Positions 11,278 to 23,308 of a DNA stretch of 64,000 bases are shown here, piece by piece; the stretch's first letter is position 1, and each line of letters opens with the position of its first letter. Source of the DNA: Pristiophorus japonicus (Eukaryota); the NCBI RefSeq assembly GCF_044704955.1, contig NW_027254589.1:62001-126000 (forward strand), read 5' to 3'. Both the position numbers and the translations under genes were made by a program. The notes beneath the pieces are model-generated. The model did no database searches. It had not been told where the DNA came from and saw nothing but the letters and a program-made list of their open reading frames with translations.

Positions 11278-11622
11278 CGATGACATTCAGCTGGGTTCCT
11301 GCTCCATCGATACGGCTCCACACACTGCAGATATAGGCAGCGGTGTTTCTGTGCTGCACGCCTGTGACGGTCAGAATGAAGCTAATACTGGTGACATCCC
11401 TGGAAGACTGAAAATGGTCAGCAAAACCCCGCTACTTTTTTAATGTATTATTTGTGTAATGAAGTATCATCTCCTTGTGTGTACCAGGGAGCTGTTGGGA
11501 CCAGTGAACATCCACTTGCCTGACGTTGTCTTTCTTCATGGTGCAGCGTAAGCTCACAGTCTGACGCTCTCTCACGCTATAGACTGTCGGAGACTGAACC
11601 AGTACTGGTTCCGCCACTGCAC
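11278..11622 (-). pseudogene. V-J type Ig domain exon 1 (in-frame stop)
   Basis: Acceptor attcccag|, donor ATCG|GTATGT, 345 nt, phase 1-1. Encodes AVAEPVLVQSP...LRCTM...VHWSQQLPG...TLKK*RGFADHFQSSRD...FILTVTGVQHRNTAAYICSVWSRIDGAGTQLNVI. The TAG is at 11432-11434. Confidence 0.9.
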
Positions 11623-11664
11623 CTGGGAATGTGATTGGTAAGTAAATAAATATAACTTAACGTA

Positions 11665-12468
11665 AGAATGACTTGCATTTCTATAGTACCTTTCACAACC
11701 TCAGGACGTCCCAAAACGCTTTACAGCCTGGTGTGTAGTCACTGTTGTAATGTAGGAAAGGCGGCAGCCAATTGCAAGCTCCCACAAACAGCTATGTGAT
11801 AAAGACCAGATAGTCTGTTTTACAACAACAACTTGTATCTATATAGCGCCTTTAATGTAGTAAAATGTCCCAAGGCACTTCACAGGAGTGTTGTAAGACA
11901 AAAATGTGACACCGAGCCACGTAAGATGGGGCAGATGACCAAAAACTTGGCCAAAGAGGTAGGTTTTAAGGAGCATCTCAAAGGAGGAAAGAGAAGCAGA
12001 GAGGTTTAGGGAGAAATTCCAGAGCTTAGGGCCGAGGCAGCTGAAGGCATGGCCACTGATGGTTGAACGATTATAATCAGGGATGCTCAAGAGGGCAGAA
12101 TATGAGGAGCACAGACATTCTCGAGGGGGGGGGGGTTGTGGCATTGGAGGAGATTACAGAGATAGGGAGAGGCGAGGCTATGGAGGAATTTGTAAACAAG
12201 GATGAGAATTTTGAAATCGAGGCAAATGTTGATTGAGGAATAAATATCGGCCCAGGACACGGGCGATAACCCTTCTTCTTCGAACTCTTCTACGAAATAG
12301 TGCCAAGGGATCTTTTACATCCATCTGCGAGAGCAGACGGGACCTCGGATTAATGTCTCCCCCGAAAGACGGCACTTCCGACACTGCAGCACTCCCTCAG
12401 CACTGCAGTGGAGTGCCAGCCTAGATTTATGAGCTCAAGTCTCTGGAATGGGACTTGAACCCACAACC
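11665..12468 (-). mobile_element. tRNA-derived SINE with a nested L2 3' fragment (about 11822-12230)
   Basis: SINE tail gacttgcatttctatag, SINE core and B box (ggacttgaacccacaacc). The head resumes near 14761, after the CR1 insertion. Confidence 0.8.
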
Positions 12469-14755
12469 CAACAGTGCAATATATCCCAACAGTGGATAGT
12501 CAAGGGGCTATAATGGAGGAGGAACACAATCACAATCACTAATGAGGTGGTACTCATTAAATAATGGGACAAAAGGTGTAGAAATCCCCTGGACCTGATG
12601 GCTTGCATCCTAGGGTCTGATTAGTGGATGCATTGGTTGTAATTTACCAAAATTCCTTGGATTCTAGGGAGGTCCCAGCAGATTGAAAAACTGCAATTGT
12701 AACACCCCTATTTAAAAAAGGAGGCAGAAAAAAAGCAGGAAACTACAGACTAGTTAGCCTGACATCTGTGGTTGGGAAAATGTTGGATTCCATTATTAAA
12801 GAAGCAGTAGCAGAACATTTAAAAAAGCAGAATTCAGTCAGGCAGAGTCAGCATGGATTTATGAAAGGGAAGTTGTTATATATGTGGACTTGTATTTACT
12901 CTGTACAGCCACCAGAGGGCTCATCCCCGGGAGTCCCAAGGGATTGCATAATCCCTTGGGAGGACAGGTATTTAAGGAGGTTTCACAGGTTGGAGAGGCA
13001 CTCTGGAGACCTGCAATAAAAGACTAAGGTTACACTTTACTTTGAGCTCACAGTGTTCAGTCTGACTCTTTCTCCATACACAATAACTGGCAACGAGATA
13101 CAGATAACAAATCCAAAGATGCAGAGAACAGTGGGCATCCTGAAGACATTTTCGGAGGGAGATGATTGGGAAACTTTTGTGGAGCGATTCGACCAATACT
13201 TCGTGGCTAACGAGCTGGATGGGAAAGAGAGCACTGCCAAATGAAGGGCAATCCTCCTCACCGTCTGTGGGGCACCAACGTATAGCCTCATGAAGAATCT
13301 GCTCACTCCAGCGAAACCCACGGAGAAATTGTACGACGATTTGTGCACACTGGTCCGAGAGCATTTTAACCTGATGGAAGGCGTTCTGATGGCGAGGTAC
13401 CGGTTCTACACCTACAAAAGGTCTGAAGGCCAGGAAATGGCAAGTTATGTCGCCGAGCTAAGTGCATTGCAAATTTGAAGGACATTTGGAGCACATACTC
13501 CGAGACTTTTTCGTACTTGGCATTGTCCACAAAACCATACTTCTCAAATTTTTGACTGTAGAGACACCAACCTTGACCAAGGCCATAGCGATAACCCAGG
13601 CATTCATTGCCACAAGTGACAATACGATGCAAATCTCTCAGCACACAAGTGCTGCTACAATTACTGTGAACAAAGTGATTGGCTAACTAACAGAGAACAC
13701 AGAGTCGGGATAAATGGTTCATTCTCGAGTTGGCAATCAATAACTAGTGGGGTGCTGTGGGGATTAGTGCTGGAACCTAACTATTTACAATCTACATTAA
13801 CGACTTGGATGAAGGGACCGAGTGTAACGTAGCCAAGTTTGCTGATGATACAAAGATGGGAGGAAAAGCAACGTGTGAGGAGGGACAAAAAACTTGCAAA
13901 AGGACATAGACAGGCTAAGTGAGTGGGCAAAGATTTGGCAGATGGAGTATAAAGTGTAAGGTTATGCACGTTGGCAGAAAAAATCGAAGAGCAAGTTATT
14001 ATTTAAATGGAGAAAAATTACAAAGTGCTGCAGTACAGCGAGACCTGGGGGTCTTGGTGCATGAAACACAAAAGGTTAGTATGCAGATACAGCAAGTGAT
14101 CAGGAAGGCCAATGGAATTTTAGCCTTTATTGCAAAGGGGATGGAGTATAAAAGCAGGAAAGTCTTGCTACAGTTATGCAGGGTATTGGTGAGGCCACAT
14201 CTAGAATATTGCGTAAAATTTTGGTTTCCATATTTAAGAAAGGATATACTTGCTTTGGAGGTAGTTCAGAGAAGGTTCACTAGGTTGATTCCAGAGATGA
14301 GGGAGTTAACTTATGACGAAAGGTTGGGTAGTTTGGGTCTCTACTCATTGGAATTCAGAAGAATGAGAGGTGATCTTATCGAAACGTATAAGATTATGAG
14401 GGGGCTTGACAATGTGGATACAAAGAGGATGTTTCCACTAATAGGTGAGACTAGAACTAGGGGGCATAATCTTAGAATAAGGGGCCGTCAATTTAAAACT
14501 GAGATGAGGAGGAATTTCTTTTCTCAGAGGGTTGTAAATTTGTGGAAATCGCTGCCTCAGAGAGCTGTGGAAGCTGGGACATTGAATAAATTTAAAACAG
14601 AGACAGTTTCTCAACCGATAAGGGAATAAAGGGTTATGGAGAGCGGGCAGGTAAGTGGACCTGAGTCCATGATTGGATCAGCCATGATCATATTAAATGG
14701 CGGAGCAGGCTCGAGGGGCCGTATGGCATGCTCCTGCTCCTATTTCTTGTTATGC
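12469..14755 (+). mobile_element. 5'-truncated CR1 LINE, interrupted by a Gypsy fragment
   Basis: RT motifs (..VGKMLDSIIKE..QHGFMKG; KFADDTK; VRPHLEYC; FFSQRVVNLW) plus 3'UTR. Confidence 0.92.
12874..13680 (+). mobile_element. Truncated Gypsy copy (5' LTR and gag) nested in CR1
   Basis: LTR 12874-13085, PBS tggcaacgag, gag MQRTVGILKTFSEGDDWETFVERFDQYFVANEL. It ends abruptly by joining CR1. Confidence 0.92.
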
Positions 14756-14821
14756 TCTAGCCTTCCGACTCAGGTGGGAGTGCTGCCCACTTCTCCGAGA
14801 GAACTCACTCTTGCTGAACTT

Positions 14822-17045
14822 ACAACCAGGGTCCTGAACTTAAGGAAAGGTAACTTCGATGGTTTGAAGCATGAATTGGCTAGAGTAGACTTGCAAATGA
14901 TATTTAAAGGGTTGACAGTGGATATGCAATGGCAAACATTTAAAGATCACATGGATGAACTTCAGCAATTGGACATCCCTGTCTGGAGTAAGAATAAAAT
15001 GGGGAAGGTGGCTCAACCCTGGCTAACAAGGGAAATTAAGGATAGTGTTAAATCCAAGGAAGAGGCATATAAATTGGCCAGAAAAAGCAGCAAACCTGAG
15101 GACTGGGAGAAATTTAGAATTTAGCAGAGGAGGACAAAGGGTTTAATTAAGAGGGAGAAAATAGAGTGTGAGAAGAAGCTTGCCGGGAACATAAAAACTG
15201 ACTGCAAAAGCTTCTATAAATATGTGAAGTGAAAAAGATTAGTGAAGACAAACGTAGCTCCCTTGCAGTCGGATTCAGGTGAATTTATAATGGGGAACAA
15301 ACAAATGGCAGACCAATTGAACAAATACTTTGGTTCAGTCTTCACGAAGGAAGATACAAATAACCTTCCAAAAGTACTAGGGGACCGAGGGTCAAGTGAG
15401 AGGAGGAACTGAAGGATATCCTTATTAGGTGGGAAATTGTGTTAGGGAAATTGATGGGATTGAAGGCCGATAAATCCCCGGGGCCAGATAGTCTGCATCC
15501 CAGAGTACTTAAGGAAGTGGCCCTAGAAATAGTGGATGCATTGGTAATCATTTTCCAACAGTCTATCAACTCTGGATAAGTTCCTGTGGACTGGAGGGTA
15601 GCTAATGTAACACCACTTTTTAAAAATGGAGGGCAAGAGAAAATGGGTAATTATAGACCGGTTAGCCTGACATCAGTCGTGGGGAAAATGTTGGAATCAA
15701 TTATTAAGGATGAAATAGCAGCGCATTTGGAAAGCAGTGACAGGATCGGTCCAAGTCAGCTTGGATTTATGAAGGGGAAATCATGCTTGACAAATCTTCT
15801 GGAATTTTTTGAGGATGTAGTTAGTAGAGTGGACAAGGGAGAATCAGTGGATGTGGTGTATTTGGATTTTCAAAAGGCTTTTGACAAGGTCCCACACAAG
15901 AGATTGGTATGTAAAATCAAAGCACATGGTATTGGGGGTAATATACTGATGTGGATCGAGAACTGGTTGGCAGACAGGAAGCAGAGAGTTGGGATAAATG
16001 GGTCCTTTTCAGAATGGCAGGCAGTGACTCGTGGAGTGCCGCAGGGTTCAGTGCTGGGACCCCAGTTCGTTACAATATACAACAATGATTTGGATGAAGG
16101 AATTGAGTGTAATATCTCCAAATTTGCAGATGACACTAAACTGGGTGGCGGTGTGAGCTGTGAGGGGTCGCTAAGGGGCTGCAGGGTGACTTGGACAGGT
16201 TAGGTGAGTGAGCAAATGCATGGCAGATGCAGTATAATGTGGATAACTGTGAGGTTATCCACTTTGGGGGCAAAAACGCAAAGACAGAATATTATCTGAA
16301 TGGTGGCAGATTAGGAAAAGAGGTGGTGCAACGAGACCTGGGTGTCATGGTTCATCAGTCATTGAAAGCTGGCCAGGTGCAGCAGGTGGTAAAGAAGGCA
16401 AATGGTATGTTGGCCTTCATAGCAATGGAATTTGAGTATAGGAACAGGGAGGTCTTACTGCAGTTGTACAGCGCCTTGGTGAGGCCTCACTTGGAATATT
16501 GTGTTCAATTTTGGTCTCTGAATCTGAGGAAGGACGTTCTTGCTATTGAGGAAGTGCAGCAAAGGTTCACCAGACTGATTCCCGGGATGGTCGGACTGAC
16601 ATATGAGGAGAGACTGGATCAGCTGGGCCTTTATACATTGGAGTTTAGAAGGATGAGAGGGGATCTCATAGAAACATACAAAATTCTGACGGGACGGGAC
16701 AGGTTAGATGCGGGTAGATTGTTCCCAATATTGGGGAAGTCCAGAACCAGGGAACACAGTCTTAGGATAAGGGGTAGGCCAATAGGACTGAGATGAGGAC
16801 AAACTTCTTCACTCAGAGTTGTTAACCTGTGGAATTCCCTGCCGCAGAGAGTTGTTGATGCCAGTTCATTGGATATATTCAAGAGGGAGTTAGATATGGC
16901 CTTTACGGCTAAAGGGATTAAGGGGTATGGAGAGAAAGCAGGAAAGGGGTACTGAGGGAATGATCAGCCATGACCTTATTGAATGGTGGTGCAGGCTCGA
17001 AGGGCCGAATGGCCTACTCCTGCACCTATTTTCTATGTTTCTGTG
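14822..17045 (+). mobile_element. 5'-truncated CR1 LINE
   Basis: NYRPVSLTSVVGK, YLDFQKAFDKVPH, GVPQGSVLGP, KFADDTK, plus the 3' tail. Contains stops and frameshifts. Confidence 0.95.
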
Positions 17046-17589
17046 TCTCTACTGCCTGATGTGAATTACTGACCAGCTTGCTTTTTGCCCACCAGATGCC
17101 AGGTTGCTCTGTATTTAATGACGTACACTAACAGTGTTGAACAGGAAGGGAGGAATTGTATGTGGGAGTGTTATAGCTGGAATATTCTGGCCGGTGATCT
17201 TGTACATTATTGCACGCTGCACATGCTGAGAATGCCATTGCCAGAATGTGGTTTGAAACTGTAGACCTGTTGGAGAGAAGCCCCAACTCTTGAGACAAGG
17301 CGAGGCTTTCAAGTATAGGCTTTAGGGAAGACAGTAAAAGACAATTCAATAGATACATTTAATCATGTTATTGTGAGAGGGTCTTCATATTTAGAATTTT
17401 ATATTATGTTTAAACTTTATTTCTGACATTAGAAAATTAATTTATGGCGAATAAATTGCAATTATTATTGGTCAGTCAGTGGTCAGCGGAAAATGAACGG
17501 CGCTCACCGTTCATTACACTTAAGGTTAAACATTTGTTTGCTTAGCACCACCCGTTAGTGCCCAAGAGGCGGGGGGTGGGGGGGCACTA

Positions 17590-18900
17590 GAACATAAGAA
17601 TATAGAAATAGAAGCAGGAGTCGGCCATTTGTCCCCGCAAGCCTGCTCCGCCATTTAATCAGATCATGGCTGATTTGATCTTGGGCTCAGCTACACTTCT
17701 CCGCCCACTCCCCATAATCCTTATCATTGAAACATATACTTGCATTGGAGGTAGTTCAGAGAAGATTCACTCATTTGATTCCTGAGGTGAAGGGATTGAC
17801 TTATGAAGAAAGGTTGAGCAGGTTGGGCCTATACACGTTGAAGTTCAGAAGAATGAGAGATGATCTTATTAAGACATATAAAATAATGAGGGGGCTGGAC
17901 AAGGTAAATGCAGAGAGGATGTTTCCACTCATGGAGTTATCTAGAACTAGGGTACATAGTTTTCGAATAAGGGGTCGCCCATTTAAAACTGAGATGAGGA
18001 GGAATTTCTTCTCTCGGTTGTACATCTGTGGAATTCTCTGTGCCAGAGAGCTGAGGAGGCTGGGTCATTGAATATATTTAAAGCGGAGATAGCAGAATTT
18101 TGAGCGATAAGGGAGTAAATGCATATGGGGAGCGGGCTGAAAAGTTGAGCTGAGCCAATAATCAGATCAGCCATGATCTTATTGAATGGCGGACCACGTT
18201 CGAGAGGCCCTTTGGCCTACTCCTGTTCCTATTTCCTATGTCTCTTATATTTACACAGTACCAGATCTAAGATAGCCTGCTCCCTGGTTGTTTCCACAAT
18301 GTACTGTCCAAGGAAACCATCCCAGATACACTCTATGAATTCTTCCTCAAGGCTATCGTGCCCAATTTGATTTGTCCAATCAATATATAGAGTAAAATCA
18401 CCCATGATTATTGCCGGAACTTTCTTACAAGATTCCAATACTGCTTTATTTATGCTCTGCCCAACAGTGTAGTTTCTGTTAGGGGGCCTATAGACTATGC
18501 CCACCAATAACTTCTTCCCCTTATTGTTTCTTATCTCCACCCAAATTGATTCTACATCTTGATCTTCTGAGCCAATATCATTTCTCATTACTGCACTGAT
18601 CTCATCCTTTATTAACAGAGCTGCCCCACCTCCTTTTCCATTCTGTCCATCCTTCCGAATTGTCAAAAATCCCTGAATTTTCAGTTCCCAGCCTTGGTCA
18701 CCTTGCAACCATGGCTCTGTAATGGTTATCAGATCGTACCCATTTATATCTATTTGTGCCGTCAATTCATCTGTCTTGTTACAAATGCTGCGTGCATTCA
18801 TATAAAGTGCTTTTGATTTTGTCTTTTACTATTTTCCCTGCTTTGACCTCACTTTCTGATACACTTATGTTTATAAATTCTGTCCCTTCCTGTCACACTC
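17590..18900. mobile_element. CR1 fragments in alternating orientation: minus 3' end (17590-17725), plus RT end (17727-18245), minus endonuclease (18250-18900)
   Basis: ORF 17727..18071 is an RT C-terminus. ORF 18229..18801 carries the APE endonuclease motifs NARSI..K, ITE.WL, YRPP and GDF. Confidence 0.85.
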
Positions 18901-18939
18901 TGGTTATCATTTCCCCCATCGCTCCCCTGCTCTACTGCC

Positions 18940-19490
18940 TTCTAGCCGCTAAGCACTTGCTGCCCGAGTGCCGCACTGTCGGTGCCTGCCGTGAACCTCA
19001 GTGGTGGTTTAGCAGCGGCGCTATCAGTTAACGCCGTGCACTCTAGCACCACCCACTTGGTGACGTCATGGGTGTACAACGCCACGTTAGTGCCGCGATC
19101 CTGAACTTCACTCCTTTCGCCTGCCGTAGCGCCTGGCACTGTCACCGACAGGGAGAGCGGGTGTTCCATGGAAGCTCCTGGGGCGATGTTATAGAGCAGG
19201 AGCCTGTGGCTGGTCAGTTGTAAAATCTTTTAACATTGCCGTGATTCTGTGAGGTCGCACATACTGCTGCCGGTGTTTCCAACGCTCCCTTCACCTTTCT
19301 GTCATTTTTCAGGTTTCCGAGCACCAGACCTTCATTATCCATGCAGTGCTACCACCCCTAGAGCCCTCAAAGTAGCGTAGAACGCTTCCCTAAGTGCTCC
19401 ACTCCCCTCTTGGGGCGCTACTAGTGAATATCCCGTTTGGACACGGTAAACATCGCCCGGTGCTAATATTAGAACAGATTTTTAGGCCTA
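18940..19490. mobile_element. GC-rich non-autonomous DNA-transposon-like segment
   Basis: CpG-rich and ends gatttttaggcc|taa, resembling the terminus at 2449. A likely left part lies at 17445-17590. Confidence 0.3.
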
Positions 19491-19988
19491 AGACTCTCTG
19501 TGGGCTTTTGCACTGTAACTTGCGGTAATCAGAGAGTAAAAACAGCGCGGTGCCCTCGACAGGGGATCTAGGACCTGTTTGAACACACCGTGATTCCTCC
19601 CGCAAAATCTGCACCATTGTAAAAAAAAAAAGTATTATGAGTAATTGGATTGGTTAACAAGCCATGACAGTGAAATGTTAGGTTTTTTCGATATAAAATG
19701 TTGACATGGGCCTTGAATTTTCTCGCAATCCTCAGCACTTGCACCATTATTGTGCTAAAAAAGAGCGAGGAAATTGGTTTTTTGACACATTTATGTACTG
19801 TGGGAAAACTCTCCATCCTCTCCAGAGGTTTTCGGGCCCGAGGACCATGGGAAGTGGATGGTGCCAATAAGTGTTCACCCATGTCCCTGATTACAGAAAC
19901 AGGAAGGGTTTATTTAAACTCAATATTGCAGATTTGTGACCAGTCTTGAGTTTCATCGAACAATAAAAGTGTGCCGGAGCTGAACTAC

Positions 19989-20079
19989 CTTCGGTGGACT
20001 GGATTGAATCGGTTTGGAGAATATAAAGGAGCAAAGCAAGTGCTAGTCATCCTGAGACAAGGGGCACTCCATCACACAT
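19989..20079 (-). pseudogene. Candidate leader (signal peptide) exon of the IgSF receptor, with an internal stop
   Basis: 91 nt from ATG to the phase-1 donor AG|GTAGTT. Encodes MCDGVPLVSG*LALALLLYILQTDSIQSTE(G), which would join AVA-EPVLVQSP. The donor is weak. Confidence 0.3.
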
Positions 20080-20359
20080 GGTGCAGTGAGAGTTTCAGCC
20101 CCTATCGGCCACTGGGGAACCAGTTAAAATGGAAGAATAAAATGTTGTCCTGAAGTGGTGAACTGGCTGTCAGAGTTACAGCAGCAGCAGTTATGTCTCC
20201 AGATGTTTGAACACTCAAAGGACTGACACCATCGACCACAACAGACCCAGAAGGTTTAGCAGGCTGCTCTAACACTATCCAGCAAGATGCCCATTGAACA
20301 CCACCTTCCTACAGTGCCTATACTTTATAAGCCGATTATAAAGTCCAGTCGTAGCCCGA

Positions 20360-20972
20360 GAATCACCTGCAACTGCTTCTCTTCCCTAACCACCGACTCC
20401 ATCCCTCTCCTGGCAACTGTCTGAGGCTGGACCAGACCGCTCGCAACCTTGGTGTCGCACTTGACCCCGAGATGAGCTTCTGACCACATATCCGCACCAT
20501 CACCAAGATCGTCAACTTCAACCTCTGTAGCATGGTCAGACTCTGCCCCTGCCTCAGCTTATCTGTTGTTGAAACCTCCCATCCATGCCTTTGTTACCTC
20601 TAGACTTTACCCTTGTGCTCGTGACCTAAATTGGCTCCTGGTCTGTTAATGCCTCAAAAATTCTCATCCTTGTTTTCAAATCCCTCATCCCTCCCTGAAT
20701 TCCACCAGCCCTACAACCCTCCGAGATCTCAGCGCTCCTCCAATTCTGGCCTCTTGTGCAACCTCGATTTCAATCGCTCCAACATTGGCGGCCATGCCTT
20801 CAGCTGCCTTGGCCCTAAGCACTAGAATTCTCTCCCTAAACCTCTCCGCCGCTCGACCTCTCTCTCCTCCTTAAAACCTACTACTTTGACCAAGCGCAGT
20901 ATCACATTTTGTTTGATAATGCTCCTGTGAAGTGTCTTGGGATGTTTTACTATGTTACAGGTGCAAGTTGTT
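20360..20972 (+). mobile_element. L2 LINE 3' fragment
   Basis: YNPPRSQRSSNSGLL...GGHAFSCLGPK, the same sequence as the L2 at 31626-32400. Confidence 0.8.
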
Positions 20973-21009
20973 ATTATGCATGTGAATCCTCTGAGGGCTA
21001 CTGGCAGGA

Positions 21010-21175
21010 ATAAAATCAGAAAATGCTGGAAACATTCAGCAGGTCAGAGCATCTACGGAGAGAGAAACAGAGTTAACGTTTCAGGTTGATGGTCCTTCGT
21101 CAGTTCTGACCTGCTGAGTATTTCCAGCATTTTCTGTTTTGATTTCAGATTTCCAGCATCCGCATTATTGTGCTT
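21010..21175. repeat. Palindromic MITE-like repeat (MER6-like)
   Basis: Arms cagaaaatgctggaaacattcagcaggtcaga / tctgacctgctgagtatttccagcattttctg. Confidence 0.65.
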
Positions 21176-21201
21176 TTGAGTCGCTGACAGAGTTTTCTGT
21201 A

Positions 21202-23308
21202 CAGGTTGAACCTCCCTTATCCAGAACCCTGGAAACCTGGCCTGTTCTGCATAAGGGATTTTTCCGGATGAGGGGTGGTCATGTTAAATTGGATGGTACA
21301 GGTACTGAGCAAGGGGATATCAGGGCTGGCTGGCTTGGGGCTGGGAGTGCGGCAGAGAGATCATGGGGCGGGGGGGGGTGGATCGCGGGGTCAGGCCAAC
21401 GATTGCTGGAGTCGGCAGCGAGGAAGGACTTCAATTTGTTCATGTAGGACTTCTGAGCATGTGCCACCAGTGGCCGGGAATGGTTCTGGACGAGGGGTGG
21501 CTCTGGATATGGGAGTTCTGGATAAGAACATAATAACATAATAAATAGGAGCAGGAGTAGGCCATACGGCACCTCAAGCCTGCTCTGCCATTTAATACGA
21601 TCTTGGCTGATCCGATCATGGTCTCAGATCCACTTCCCTGCCCGTTCCCCATAACCCCTTATTCCCTTATCGGTTCAAAAACTGTCTATCTCTATCGTAA
21701 ATTTATTCAGTGTCCCAGCTTCAATAGCTCTCTGAGGCAGTGAATTCCACAGTTTTACAACCCTCTGAGGAAATAAATTTTTCCTCATCTCAGTTTTAAA
21801 ACGGCCCCTTATTCTAAGATTATGCCCCCTAGTTCTAGTCTCCCCTATCAGTGGAAACATTCTCTCTGTATCCACCTTGTCAAGCCCCCTCATCATCTTA
21901 TACATTTCGATAAGATCACCTCTCAATTCCAATGAGTAGAGACCCAACCTACTCAACCTTTCCACATCGGTTAACCCCCTCATCTCCGGAATCAACCTTG
22001 TGAACCTTCTCTGAACTGCCGCCAAAGCAAGTATATCCTTTCGTAAATATTCCAGGTGTGGCCTCACCAATATCCTGTATAACTGTAGCAAGACTTCCCT
22101 ACTTTTATACTCCATCCCCTTTGCAATAAAAACCAAGATTACATTGGCCTTCCTGATCACTTGCTGTACTGTAGCACTTTGCAATCTTTCTCCATTTAAA
22201 TAATAACTTGCTCTTTGATTTTTTTCTGCCAAAGTACGTGACCTCACACTTTCCAACATTATACTCCATCTGCCAAATTTTTACCCACTCACTTAGTCTG
22301 TCTACGTTCTTTTGCAGATTTTTTGTGTCCTCCTCACCCATTGCTTTTCGTCCCATCTTTGTATCGTCAGCAAACTTGGCAACGTGACACTCAGTCCCTT
22401 CTTCCAAGTCGTTAATATAGATTGTAAATATTTGGGGTCCCGGCACTGATCCCTGTGGCACCCCACTAGTTACTGATTGCCAACCCGAGAATGAACCATT
22501 TATCCTGACTCTCTGTTTTCTGTTTGTTAGCCAATCCTCTACCCATGCTAATATATTACCCCCAACCCCGTAACTTTTATCTTGTGCAGTAACCTTTTAT
22601 GTGGCACCTTGCCTTCTGGAAGTCCAAATACACCACATCCACTGGTTCCCCTTTATCCATCCTGTTCGTTGCATCCTCAAAGAATTCCAGCAAATTTGTC
22701 AAACATGACTTCCCCCTTCATAAATCCATGCTGACTGCCTGACCGAATTATGCTTTTCCAAATGTCCGACTACTACTTCTTTAATAATGGACTCCAACAT
22801 TTTCCCAACCACAGATGTTAGGCTAACTGGTCTATAGTTTCCCGCTTTTTGTCTGCCTCTTTTTTTAAATAGGGGCGTTACATTTGCAGTTTTCCAATCT
22901 GCTGGGACCTCCCCAGAATCCAGGGAATGTTGGTATATTACAACCAGTGCATCTACTATCCCTGCCGCTACTTCTCTTAAGAGCTTAGGATGCAAGCCAT
23001 CATGTCATGGGGATTTATCTGCCTTTAGACCCATTATCTTACTGAGTACCACCTCCATTGTGATTGTGTTAAGTTCTTCGCCTCCCCCCTCCATTGCCCC
23101 TTGACTATCCACTGTTGGGATATTGTTAGTGTCCTCTACTGTAAAGACTGATACAAAATATTTGTTCAGAGTTTCTGCCGTCTCCATGTTCCCCATTACT
23201 AATTCCCCGGTCGCGTCCTCTAAGGGACCAACATTTACTTTAGCCACTCTTCCTGTTTATATACCTATAGAAACTCTTGCTATCTGTTTTTAAGGGAGGT
23301 TCAAGCTG
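21202..23308. mobile_element. Tc1/mariner (pogo/Tigger-like) MITE split by a CR1 insertion
   Basis: TA|CAGGTTGAACCTCCCTTATCCAG at the left end. The right TIR reads CTGGATAAG at 21518-21526 and continues as TAAGGGAGGTTCAAGCTG|TA at 23291-23310. Confidence 0.8.
21527..23290 (-). mobile_element. 5'-truncated CR1 LINE
   Basis: RT motifs in the ORFs between 21675 and 23247. Same subfamily as 12469-14755. Flanked by a duplicated taag. Confidence 0.93.

Larger units (their letters stand above)
1122..11622 (-). pseudogene. Non-rearranging VJ-VJ-TM-cytoplasmic IgSF receptor gene, probably pseudogenised
   Basis: Five exons with canonical AG/GT ends and compatible phases: V1 (1-1), V2 (1-1 once the indel is corrected), TM (1-1), cyt1 (1-0), cyt2 (0-stop). 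V1 has an in-frame TAG and V2 has a frameshift. Confidence 0.8.

Noticed and set aside
3383-11622. Rearranging TCR-gamma or Ig light-chain V segments
   Set aside because: No RSS, the J-like strand is in the same exon, there is no C1 exon, and a TM exon follows directly.
17128-17358. MYLLNCLLLSSLK ORF as a leader exon
   Set aside because: No convincing phase-1 donor after the hydrophobic stretch and no recognisable domain.
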